In this document: positions 8,816 through 16,505 of the stretch, piece by piece | How positions within the stretch are numbered: the first letter of the stretch is position 1 | How the letters are laid out: every line of letters begins with the position of its first letter | Assembly (NCBI GenBank): GCA_000091165.1 | Contig: FP565575.1 | Coordinates: 600,001-632,000 of the forward strand | Length of the DNA: 32,000 bases | Reading direction: 5' to 3' | DNA from: Candidatus Methylomirabilis oxygeniifera | GTDB taxonomy: Bacteria; Methylomirabilota; Methylomirabilia; Methylomirabilales; Methylomirabilaceae | Program-made: the position numbers and the translations under genes | Notes under the pieces: model-generated | Seen by the model: only the letters and a program-made list of their open reading frames with translations | Told to the model about the DNA's origin: nothing | The model's database searches: none

Positions 8816-9124
8816 ATGACCCGTGTTCTCGAGAATAAGCGCCAAGCGATAGCTGAAGTCTGCCGGCGTCATGGTGTGGCCCGGCTGGACGCATTCGGCT
8901 CCGCCTTGCGTGATGACTTCAGACCAGGCGAGAGCGATGTGGACCTGCTGGTCGAGTTCTGGCCGATGGCACCATACGCCCGCGTCGACGCCTACTTCGG
9001 CCTGCTCGAAGAACTCAGGGCCTTACTGGGGTCGGAGGTCGACCTCGTCATGGCGGGGGCCGTCAAGAACCCGTACATCGCCCGCGATATCGATCGTACC
9101 AAGCGGATGCTCTATGCCGCATGA
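8816..9124 (+). CDS. Nucleotidyltransferase (MNT-type antitoxin of a HEPN/MNT pair)
   Basis: 102 aa. FGSALRDDFRPGESDVDLLVEF is the minimal-NTase GS...DxD pattern. Overlaps the downstream HEPN start by 11 nt. Confidence 0.85.
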   Translation: MTRVLENKRQAIAEVCRRHGVARLDAFGSALRDDFRPGESDVDLLVEFWPMAPYARVDAYFGLLEELRALLGSEVDLVMAGAVKNPYIARDIDRTKRMLYAA

Positions 9125-9201
9125 CGCACGCGCCTACTTGGCCGACATCATCGAGTCCTGCGACGCGATCACCGTCGCGGTTCGAGGGCTCGATCTCCCT
9201 C
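9114..9201 (+). pseudogene. HEPN (DUF86) toxin gene, 5' part, truncated by the IS insertion
   Basis: MPHDARAYLADIIESCDAITVAVRGLDLP, then the IS left end begins at 9202. Confidence 0.75.
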
Positions 9202-9269
9202 TGTGCCAATAATAGTGAGACACCTGCCCCCCTGTAAATTAGAGTAGAGGGTAGGGAGGAACACACATC

Positions 9270-9773
9270 ATGAGAACTGGACCGATCACAGCTTCCCAGG
9301 GCAGCGCAGTCGCCCGCCGAGTCCCCGCACGTCCGTGGCCTGGCACCGCACGCCCCGCCGAGCCGCAGCGGGTGGTCCCAGCAGTCCCACCCGATCCCGA
9401 GGTGCCCACAAAGCCGGCACGACGACGGTTCACCGCAGCCGAGAAGCTCCGCATCTTGAGACTCGCCGATGCCTGCACGGTGTCGGGGAGCCTGGGGGCG
9501 CTCTTACGCAAGGAGGGGCTGTACTCGTCGAACCTCACCACCTGGCGCCGACAGCGGGACGCGGGCACCCTGTCCGCCCTCACGCCCCAGAAGCGGGGCC
9601 GCAAACCGTCGATCCGCAGTCCACTCGCCCAGGAGCATGAGCAGCTTCGTCGGGAGAACGAACGGCTGACGCGGCGGCTCCGACAGGCCGAGCTCATCAT
9701 TGATGTTCAAAAAAAAGTTTCGCAGATCCTGGGGATCCCCCTGGCGACCTCCGAGGCAGGAGGCAGCGACTGA
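9270..9773 (+). CDS. IS3-family transposase OrfA (HTH plus leucine-zipper part)
   Basis: 167 aa. RRFTAAEKLRILRLADA...LRRENERLTRRLRQAELIIDVQKK is typical of IS3 OrfA. Confidence 0.85.
   Translation: MRTGPITASQGSAVARRVPARPWPGTARPAEPQRVVPAVPPDPEVPTKPARRRFTAAEKLRILRLADACTVSGSLGALLRKEGLYSSNLTTWRRQRDAGTLSALTPQKRGRKPSIRSPLAQEHEQLRRENERLTRRLRQAELIIDVQKKVSQILGIPLATSEAGGSD
9709..9716 (+). other. Probable -1 programmed ribosomal frameshift site (run of 8 A followed by G)
   Basis: The A-run is near the end of orfA. I checked that the -1 frame is open from 9710 through the orfB ATG at 9773, which would permit an OrfAB fusion as in other IS3 members. Confidence 0.6.
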
Positions 9774-10777
9774 TGGGCGCCGCGCAGACTCTGGCCTCCG
9801 AGGTAGGGATCAAACCGGCCTGCGACGCGTTCGGCACTTCTCGTGCCGGCTTCTACCGCGCCCAGACACGAACGCACGCTCCGATGGTGGAGCCAACGAG
9901 GCGCCCCAGCCCTCCACGGGCGCTGTCCGCCGATGAACGGCAGGGCGTGCTCGACCTGCTGCACGCCGACCGGTTTGCCGACCAGGCGCCCCATGAGGTC
10001 TATGCGACCCTCCTGGACGAAGGCGACTACCGCTGCTCCATCCGCACCATGTACCGACTCCTCAACGACCACACCGAGGTCAAAGAACGCCGGAACCAGT
10101 TGCGCCATCCGGTATATCAGAAACCGGAACTGCTGGCCACGGCCCCGAACCAGGTCTGGTCGTGGGACATTACGAAGCTCCTCAGCCCGGTGACGTGGTC
10201 CTACTTCTACCTCTATGTGATCCTGGACATTTTCAGCCGGTACGTCGTCGGCTGGATGGTCGCCTTGGCGGAATCGGCCGCCTTGGCCGAACGACTCATC
10301 CGTGAGACCTGCGCCAAACAGGGGATCGACAAAGGGCAGCTCACGATCCATGCGGACCGGGGCTCCTCCATGACCTCCAAGCCCGTGGCGTTCCTGTTGG
10401 CCGATCTGGGCGTCACCAAAACCCACAGCCGGCCGCATACGAGTGATGACAACCCGTACTCGGAAAGTCAGTTCAAGACCCTCAAGTACCGACCGGACTT
10501 CCCGGAACGGTTCGGGTGCATCGAGGATGCCCGGGGCTTCTGTCAGGACTTCTTCACCTGGTATAACACCGCGCATCGGCATACGGGCATTGGTCTCCTG
10601 ACACCGGAGGTCCTGCACTACGGCTTGGCGGACGAGGTCCGCGCGGCTCGCGCCGCGATCCTGCAGGCCGCCTATGAAACCCATCCGGAGCGGTTCGTCC
10701 GCAAGGTGCCGGTTCCCCCGGCGCTTCCGGAGGCCGCGTGGATTAACAAACCGAAGCCGATGGATACCGAGCGATGA
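9773..10777 (+). CDS. IS3-family transposase OrfB (DDE/rve integrase core)
   Basis: 334 aa. WSWDITKL, HADRGSSMTS and DNPYSESQFKTLKYRP give the D, D, E context. Confidence 0.9.
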   Translation: MGAAQTLASEVGIKPACDAFGTSRAGFYRAQTRTHAPMVEPTRRPSPPRALSADERQGVLDLLHADRFADQAPHEVYATLLDEGDYRCSIRTMYRLLNDHTEVKERRNQLRHPVYQKPELLATAPNQVWSWDITKLLSPVTWSYFYLYVILDIFSRYVVGWMVALAESAALAERLIRETCAKQGIDKGQLTIHADRGSSMTSKPVAFLLADLGVTKTHSRPHTSDDNPYSESQFKTLKYRPDFPERFGCIEDARGFCQDFFTWYNTAHRHTGIGLLTPEVLHYGLADEVRAARAAILQAAYETHPERFVRKVPVPPALPEAAWINKPKPMDTER

Positions 10778-10825
10778 GGCGCGACACTAAATTCGGACAC
10801 CAGGTGTCTCAAAATCATTGACACA

Positions 10826-11113
10826 TTCCGTCTCTCCGGATATGAAAACAGTCGCCTGGTCCGCTCATCGGTCGAGCGCGAGTTTATCATTATCGGAGAG
10901 GCTGTCGCAGCACTCGCCCGGGTTGCGCCGAAGACCTTCGATGCGATCACGCGAGCACGCAGGATCGTGGACTTCCGTAATCATCTCACCCATGAGTATC
11001 CGACCGTGGACAACGCTCTCGTGTGGGCGATTGTCGAGCATGATGTGCCGGTACTTCGCCGGGAGTGTGCCGTACTCATTCAGCGCGTTGTGCCTGAGGA
11101 CACGCCGAGCTAA
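10826..11113 (+). pseudogene. HEPN (DUF86) toxin gene, 3' part
   Basis: My translation: FRLSGYENSRLVRSSVEREFIIIGEAVAALARV...RRIVDFRNHLTHEYPTVD...VPEDTPS, stop TAA 11111-11113. Carries the R-x4-H HEPN motif (RNHLTH). Confidence 0.75.
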
Positions 11114-11115
11114 CC

Positions 11116-11466
11116 ATCGCCTCGATCTGGGGACGGGAGTCGGGAGGGGCGATGACCTACAACGCCTCCAAGGCGGCGGTGATCAGCCTCTCCAAGTCGC
11201 TCGCCAAGGAACTGGCTCCTCACAATATCCTGGTCAACAGCGTGGCACCCGGCTCGACTCTCTTTCCTGGTGGCTCGTGGGACCGACGACAGCGCGAAAA
11301 CCCGGCTCAGATCGCCCAGTTCATCAAAGACGAACTGCCGCTGGGCCGATTCGGCCGCCCCGAGGAGGTCGCGGCCGCCGTGGTCTTCCTGGCGTCCCAA
11401 CAGGCCAGCCTCGTGACCGGCGCATGCGTCACCGTCGACGGCTGCCAGTCGCGCTCGCTCATCTGA
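11116..11466 (+). pseudogene. Second copy of the SDR gene 3' end (351 bp, no 5' part)
   Basis: Aligns without gaps to 8148-8498. I count 24 mismatches but only 2 amino-acid changes (AAVVIF vs AAAVVF). Starts directly after the HEPN stop. Confidence 0.85.
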
Positions 11467-11485
11467 CCGTTCGCCTGTTCCTCTG

Positions 11486-11527
11486 CTGTTCTGGCCCGTC
11501 ATTCCGTGCTTGACACGGAATCCAGTC
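11486..11527 (+). repeat. 42-bp hairpin element, copy 2 (CTGTTCTGGCCCGTCATTCCGTGCTTGACACGGAATCCAGTC)
   Basis: Perfect reverse-complement match to 5788-5829. Confidence 0.85.
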
Positions 11528-11637
11528 TGGCTTTCTGGATACACGAACTCGCGGCAAGCCGCGAGGAATGAACCCTCTGTAGATTCACACGGTTCGAGAT
11601 TTGTCACCGAGAGGTCAGCGCCTCTATGGTTAGACCA

Positions 11638-11858
11638 ATGTCCTAACCCGAGACGGCAGAGGGGTTCGCAGCCGTCTGGACGCACCCGCGGAATTTTACT
11701 TCGGTCGGCCCTATCAGGATCAGGCTGACCGCTGGGGCGGCCTCTGCCGCTCTAGGCCTTGTTGAAATTCCGTTGACAAGTCTGTGAAATCGCAGGAAAC
11801 TCCAACCTATTGTGAGTATTTTTGTGACTGTGCTATACAGACCAGTATAATCATAGTT
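11638..11858 (+). repeat. R220 repeat, copy 1: long imperfect palindrome followed by a promoter-like 3' part
   Basis: Aligns end to end with 18206-18424, with scattered mismatches, a 3-nt indel and one more divergent 16-nt patch. Contains the stem GAGACGGCAGAGG (11650-11662) / CCTCTGCCGCTC (11741-11752) and an inner GGTCGGCC/GGCTGACC hairpin. Confidence 0.85.
11822..11851 (+). promoter_or_regulatory. Putative sigma70-type promoter (TTGTGA-N18-TATAAT) upstream of the TIR gene
   Basis: TATAAT at 11846-11851 is conserved in the other R220 copy. The -35 is weak and the spacing is 18 nt. Prediction by eye only. Confidence 0.35.
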
Positions 11859-11890
11859 CTGTCGCTCCGTGATGGAAAGGGCAGTCGGAA

Positions 11891-13069
11891 TTGGAAGTGA
11901 GCTTTCCTACAGACGCGGACAAGTTCCTTTTGCGGGAATGCCCATCTTGCGAACAGCGGTTTAAGGTCGTATTCGGGGAGGGGAGCGACGAGCTGATCTC
12001 GTGCTGCCCGTACTGCGGATACAACGAGCGCAACTGTTGGCACGCTCAGCCACAGGTCGAGTACATACAGGCAGTCGCCGCCAGCGTTGTTGTCGCCCCC
12101 GAACTCAAGAAACTGGAACGCCATCTCAAGGGAATGTCGAAGGGCATTCTCAAAATCGACGTCAATTCGAGCATCTCGTCGCCGCCACCGCCGCCTATGG
12201 AGACGGATGAACCGTTCGCCATCCTTCACTTTCCATGCTGCAACGAAACAATCAAGGTTGAACGTCGCGACCACCATTTTTGCGTTATCTGTGGTACGGA
12301 GGTTGACATGGGAATCAGCGACTCGAAGAAAGTGTTCTTGAGCCACAAAGGTATTGACAAGGATTTGGTAATTGACTTCAAGAAATCCTTGAAACTGGTT
12401 GGTTACGACCCGTGGCTAGACGAAGATGCGATGCCCGCGGGGACGTCACTTGAACGCGGGCTCCTTCAAAGTATGCGGGATTCTTGCGGCGTCGTGTTTT
12501 TTGTTACTCCATCGTTCAAAGACGAGGGGTTCCTGGAAACCGAAGTCAATTACGCGATTCAAGAGAAGCGGAAGAAGGGCGACAAATTCGCAATTGTGAC
12601 GCTGCAGTTTTGCGGCGCTGACGGCAACGTCGGGGAAATTCCTGAATTGCTCAAGACCTACGTCTGGAAGAAGCCTAAAACGCCACTTGAGGCGTTCGGG
12701 GAAATTGTTCGCGCGCTGCCGGTCGTGCCGGGAATCGTTGACTGGCGCGAAGGGATCACGGGTGTAGTTACCACTCCGAGGACGAAATCGACAACCACGC
12801 AGCTTTGCGATGAAGCAAAGGCGATTTTGAAGGCTGCAGTGGCCGGTGACGGAAGAATCACACACCTTCGCAACATGGGCGGTGAAAAAATTGGAGCGGG
12901 GGGTCAGTCGATGATACCGGACAATGATTCGCGCACCATTGCTCGTTGGGTTGGCGGCCTCGAAGATCTCCAACGTCGCCGATACGCCAAAGATCTCGGC
13001 CACAAGGGCGAGGTCTTCGAAGTCACCAGGGAAGGCTACGAAGCGGCAGACGAACTTCCAGACGCTTGA
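11891..13069 (+). CDS. Zn-ribbon / TIR domain protein with an unassigned C-terminal domain
   Basis: 392 aa. CPSC...CCPYC and PCC...CVIC cysteine pairs sit at the N-terminus. The TIR-like core spans aa 146-275 (KKVFLSHKG...WLDEDAMPAG...VVFFVTPSFKDEGFLETEVNYA). Start is TTG 11891 or GTG 11897; there is no in-frame ATG. Confidence 0.8.
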   Translation: MEVSFPTDADKFLLRECPSCEQRFKVVFGEGSDELISCCPYCGYNERNCWHAQPQVEYIQAVAASVVVAPELKKLERHLKGMSKGILKIDVNSSISSPPPPPMETDEPFAILHFPCCNETIKVERRDHHFCVICGTEVDMGISDSKKVFLSHKGIDKDLVIDFKKSLKLVGYDPWLDEDAMPAGTSLERGLLQSMRDSCGVVFFVTPSFKDEGFLETEVNYAIQEKRKKGDKFAIVTLQFCGADGNVGEIPELLKTYVWKKPKTPLEAFGEIVRALPVVPGIVDWREGITGVVTTPRTKSTTTQLCDEAKAILKAAVAGDGRITHLRNMGGEKIGAGGQSMIPDNDSRTIARWVGGLEDLQRRRYAKDLGHKGEVFEVTREGYEAADELPDA

Positions 13070-13085
13070 TGGAAAGGGGCACGCG

Positions 13086-13175
13086 ACAAAACTAGGCGAT
13101 CCACCAGAGCCGCGTTCAGGTTGTGCAGTATGGCTAGGCTGTATCGTCGCGGCCTGGTGATCCCGGTCGTTAGGG
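13086..13175 (+). other. attC-like imperfect palindrome S1
   Basis: ACAAAAC (13086-13092), 5-nt spacer, then GATCCACCAGAGCCGCG (13098-13114). That arm pairs with CGCGGCCTGGTGATC (13148-13162) as 15 bp with 2 bulged bases. A 6-nt spacer and GTTAGGG (13169-13175) follow. No T-tract. Confidence 0.4.
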
Positions 13176-13249
13176 GGTATTTTGTCAAGCGCCCCAGGGT
13201 GTTTGCGGGATTCATCTGATAGCTGGGCTCTGGAGAAGTGAAACCATAG

Positions 13250-15076
13250 ATGAGCATTCTGGGACGGTTCCTCAATCGACTGACAGAGAGTGAAGAAGGC
13301 GCTTACCTTGCGCCCCGGGAACGTGCATACGAGCATACGCGCGATGCGCGCACGCTAGAACCCGCCGGAGCAGCCATCGTCCGTTTTGCACCGACCTTCA
13401 AGCTTGAGCGGGAAGCAACGCAGTGGCCTGATGGCTTCTGGAACCACTTCAACTCCGCCAACTCTCACTACAAGCGAGGGCACTATCGCAAAGCCAAAGA
13501 GGCCTACTCATCGGCTCGTTCACTGCTTGCCGGCTATGGGGCCCTGGACACCGCCCTGCTCCGGACGTACAGAAAGCTGTACAGGGGCGCCATAGACAAG
13601 AAGCGTTGGGACGAAGCCTACCAGGAGCTATGCGAGCTATTCGAGACGCTTCCTTCTGGCGTCTCAGACACGGACAGGCGGCAGTTCAAAAAGGTTATGC
13701 AGGTGCTCAAGAAGTCCGATCCGGGCTTCTCGGGGCAACCCATGCCGCTGCAGGAACAGAGGCAAACGGGAGGCGAGAAGCCATCGGCGGAAGTGGAGTC
13801 CGCCTCCGGCAAAGACATCGCGGTGCAGCGAGATGAAACGTGGGAGCGACCCAAAGGCGAAAAGCCGCTCAGATGGCAAGAAAACCAGCTCACCTCAGGG
13901 GGGTTTCTTGCCGTGCACCGGAGGTATGACGAGCAGGCCGGAGGCTACCGCTCCTGCAATATCAGGACATACTCTTCACATGGAGACATCCAATCCGAGA
14001 AAGACTGGCTGCGCAGCTTCTACAGACTGAAGATCAGTAACACCGGAGAGCACCTGATAGGCTATTCTGACGATCTGCAGATGTCACTGTCGACGCTAAG
14101 CGGGGACATACTCGCCGAGCGAAGCGTCGCACGCGTCGCCGACGGCAACAAGTACCACATCCGATGCGTTGATCTATCTGAAGGCGGGATGCACTGCCTC
14201 TTCACATCCGCGACAAGGGCGTACCTTCTCGATCAAATGCTTCGCACGCTCTGTGTCTGGATAATGCCGCCCCCGCCTGGCTACCAGGTTGAGCACGGTG
14301 GCCAGGACGCTGGCCACCAACGTATAGAGAGGGCGTTTGCGACGCTGGAGCTGACAGGCCATCCGACGCAGGAGGAGATCAGAGCGCAGTTCCGGCAGAT
14401 GGTGTTCCGCTACCATCCGGACCGGAACCCTGGGGACACTGCGGCGCAGGAACGCACCAAGGAGATCATCGCAGCATACAAGATGGTGTCAGAGGAAGAC
14501 GTCGCTGCTGCCCTTGAGGGCCTGGGTGACAGAGAGTACTACTACCAGATTCTGCATGAGACGGAGCTGGATATAGGTGACACGGGCTACTCTGTGAAGC
14601 TCAGAATGTCCATGAGTGGTCCCGGCGATTGGATATATGCAACCCACATGACGGCGCGGGCGGAGAGGATCTATCTCGGCTGCTATTCCGGCTTGATCTA
14701 CTGCGTTGATCTTGACGGGAACGTCCTCAAAGTCTACCAGACGGATGCCCCGATCGACGGCATCGTGGAGCGAGGACAACATCTATACATATGGACGCAC
14801 ACCAGCCTGTACGTGTTGGGCCGCGACAAGGTCGTTAGCCACATCGATCTTAGGGGAGGCAGCCTCAAGTGTTTCGCAGAATGGGGGCTTATTGTCAAGA
14901 AAGGATCCTCCCTTGTTCTGTGCTCAGCAGACGGGACTTGGCTTGCGAATGTCCGTTTCCAAAGGGAGGCCCATGAGGTAGTCCCGACCTCAAGCGGTCT
15001 TGTCGCCTACACGACGAAAGAACGGTTTCGCGTCTCGCTGTCGGATGCACCTGCGGCTTCGTCTGCCAGATCGTAG
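13250..15076 (+). CDS. J-domain (DnaJ-like, HPD motif) protein with TPR-like N-terminus and beta-propeller-like repeats
   Basis: 608 aa. J-domain around aa 358-417 (FATLELTGHPTQEEIRAQFRQMVFRYHPDRNPGD...IIAAYKMV), with HPD at nt 14414-14422. It is flanked by beta-strand-rich repeats (IYCVDLDGNVLKVYQ, LYIWTHTSLYVLG). The fold assignment of the flanks is inference. Confidence 0.8.
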   Translation: MSILGRFLNRLTESEEGAYLAPRERAYEHTRDARTLEPAGAAIVRFAPTFKLEREATQWPDGFWNHFNSANSHYKRGHYRKAKEAYSSARSLLAGYGALDTALLRTYRKLYRGAIDKKRWDEAYQELCELFETLPSGVSDTDRRQFKKVMQVLKKSDPGFSGQPMPLQEQRQTGGEKPSAEVESASGKDIAVQRDETWERPKGEKPLRWQENQLTSGGFLAVHRRYDEQAGGYRSCNIRTYSSHGDIQSEKDWLRSFYRLKISNTGEHLIGYSDDLQMSLSTLSGDILAERSVARVADGNKYHIRCVDLSEGGMHCLFTSATRAYLLDQMLRTLCVWIMPPPPGYQVEHGGQDAGHQRIERAFATLELTGHPTQEEIRAQFRQMVFRYHPDRNPGDTAAQERTKEIIAAYKMVSEEDVAAALEGLGDREYYYQILHETELDIGDTGYSVKLRMSMSGPGDWIYATHMTARAERIYLGCYSGLIYCVDLDGNVLKVYQTDAPIDGIVERGQHLYIWTHTSLYVLGRDKVVSHIDLRGGSLKCFAEWGLIVKKGSSLVLCSADGTWLANVRFQREAHEVVPTSSGLVAYTTKERFRVSLSDAPAASSARS

Positions 15077-15078
15077 TC

Positions 15079-15154
15079 AGCCGAACACCCCCTAACCGGC
15101 GCTTGCTGCCAGACAGCGCTATGCGCTGCAGCAGAAGCGCCAATCGTTCGGCTT
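15079..15154 (+). other. attC-like imperfect palindrome S2
   Basis: AGCCGAAC (15079-15086) pairs with GTTCGGCT (15147-15154). Inner stem GGCGCTTGCTGC (15098-15109) / GCAGCAGAAGCGCC (15128-15141) has a 2-nt bulge. Also carries ACCCCCTAAC (15087-15096). Starts 3 nt after the stop codon. Confidence 0.45.
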
Positions 15155-15190
15155 GTTCGAGAACTATCAACAGAGTCGGGAGGGAACAGC

Positions 15191-16396
15191 ATGGGACTCC
15201 GTTTTCGAAGGTCAGTAAAGCTCGCTCCCGGTGTCCGAATGAACTTCAGCGGCAGTGGCGTAAGTTGGACGCTTGGCCCTAGGGGCGCGTCCGTCGGTAT
15301 CGGGAAGCGAGGGACGTATTTCAACACTGGTATTCCCGGAACGGGATTTTACGCCAGGGAGCGTATGGCGGGTTCCCGTGCAGGCAACCGGGCACGTGCA
15401 TCATCCTACTCAAACATATCCGTCTCTGTTGGAGTAGCAGATGATGGAACAGTGTATTTCCAGGACGCAGAAGGAAAGCCGCTCGCAGAACATTTGATCA
15501 ATACAGCAAAAAAGCAACAAGGTGACGCAATACGAGATCTTATTCAACAGAAATGTGATGAGATAAATGCACAAATCGAAGCGCTTGGGGAAATTCACGT
15601 CGATACTCCGAACCCCAATGTAAAGCTCCAATATCAACCACAGGAGTTTCCAGAATCTCCGCCCACAAAACCGGGTCCAAAAAAACCTGGGCTAATGGGC
15701 ATGTTCTTCAAGTCCGGACGAGAAAGAATAGAAAGAGAAAACCAAGCGAGAGAGCGTCAATTCGAGGAGGACCTTGAAAAATGGCGAGCGGCTAAATACC
15801 AGTTCGATGAAGCCGAGGAACATCGTAAGGATGTGATCGAACGAGGCATCTACACCAATGTGGAGATGATGGAAAACTTCTTGGAAGAGAACTTACAGAG
15901 CATTGTTTGGCCGCGTGAGACAATTTTATCAACAGAGATTCTTGATAACGGAAAAAGGGTGTTCGTCGATGTCGATCTCCCGGAGTTAGAAGGTATGCCG
16001 AGCAAAACAGCTTCGGCCCCCCAGCGAGGCTACAAGCTATCCGTAAAGGAAATGTCAGCCACACAGATTCAACGACTGTACATGCGTCATGTACACGGAA
16101 TCGGATTCAGAATTATAGGGGAAACCTTTGGTGCTTTACCCAACGCACAAGAAGTGGTGCTCTCCGCATATTCGCAACGTCCAGATCGAACAACTGGCCA
16201 TGTAACGGATGAGTATCTTTATTCGGTGCGAGTAACCAGGGCTTCATGGTCTCGCATAAATTTTGACAATCTGCAGAACTTGGATGTTGTAGATGCTCTT
16301 ACGCAGTTTGACTTGAAGAGAAACATGACAAAGACGGGGGCCTTCAAACCCATCGAACCATTCACCCCGAATGCACAGAAAATCGAACAGGCCTAA
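15191..16396 (+). CDS. DUF4236 domain protein
   Basis: 401 aa. The N-terminus MGLRFRRSVKLAPGVRMNFSGSGVSWTLGPRGASVGIGKRGTYFNTGIPGTGFY is the DUF4236 signature. A charged coiled-coil-like middle and an unassigned C-terminal domain follow. Confidence 0.8.
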   Translation: MGLRFRRSVKLAPGVRMNFSGSGVSWTLGPRGASVGIGKRGTYFNTGIPGTGFYARERMAGSRAGNRARASSYSNISVSVGVADDGTVYFQDAEGKPLAEHLINTAKKQQGDAIRDLIQQKCDEINAQIEALGEIHVDTPNPNVKLQYQPQEFPESPPTKPGPKKPGLMGMFFKSGRERIERENQARERQFEEDLEKWRAAKYQFDEAEEHRKDVIERGIYTNVEMMENFLEENLQSIVWPRETILSTEILDNGKRVFVDVDLPELEGMPSKTASAPQRGYKLSVKEMSATQIQRLYMRHVHGIGFRIIGETFGALPNAQEVVLSAYSQRPDRTTGHVTDEYLYSVRVTRASWSRINFDNLQNLDVVDALTQFDLKRNMTKTGAFKPIEPFTPNAQKIEQA

Positions 16397-16468
16397 CGAG
16401 ATACTCCAACAGAAGGCGCTGTCGGCGCTCCGCGCCGCCAGGGCCGCGGCTGAGCTTCGTCGTTGGGT
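16391..16468 (+). other. attC-like imperfect palindrome S3
   Basis: GCCTAAC (16391-16397) overlaps the TAA stop. TCCAAC (16405-16410) pairs with GTTGGG (16462-16467) and GAAG with CTTC, with bulges. GC-rich centre contains a GGCGC-TCC-GCGCC hairpin. Confidence 0.45.
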
Positions 16469-16505
16469 TACCTGCGCCAATGTCAGTTGGTCGGGTTGAT
16501 ACTAC

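Larger units (their letters stand above)
9202..10825 (+). mobile_element. IS3-family insertion sequence (orfA/orfB, 25-bp imperfect terminal inverted repeats)
   Basis: IRL TGTGCCAATAATAGTGAGACACCTG (9202-9226) matches the reverse complement of IRR at 10801-10825 in 21/25 positions. Has TG...CA termini, two overlapping transposase ORFs and an A8 slippery run. I could not identify a target-site duplication. Confidence 0.85.

Noticed and set aside
10818-11513. 231-aa ORF spanning the HEPN 3' part and the SDR 3' fragment.
   Set aside because: It is out of frame with both recognisable coding remnants and crosses their junction. It is a chimeric artefact.
11891-13069. Classical Thoeris (ThsA plus ThsB).
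   Set aside because: A TIR protein is present, but no SIR2, Macro or SLOG-type ThsA-like gene exists anywhere in the window.
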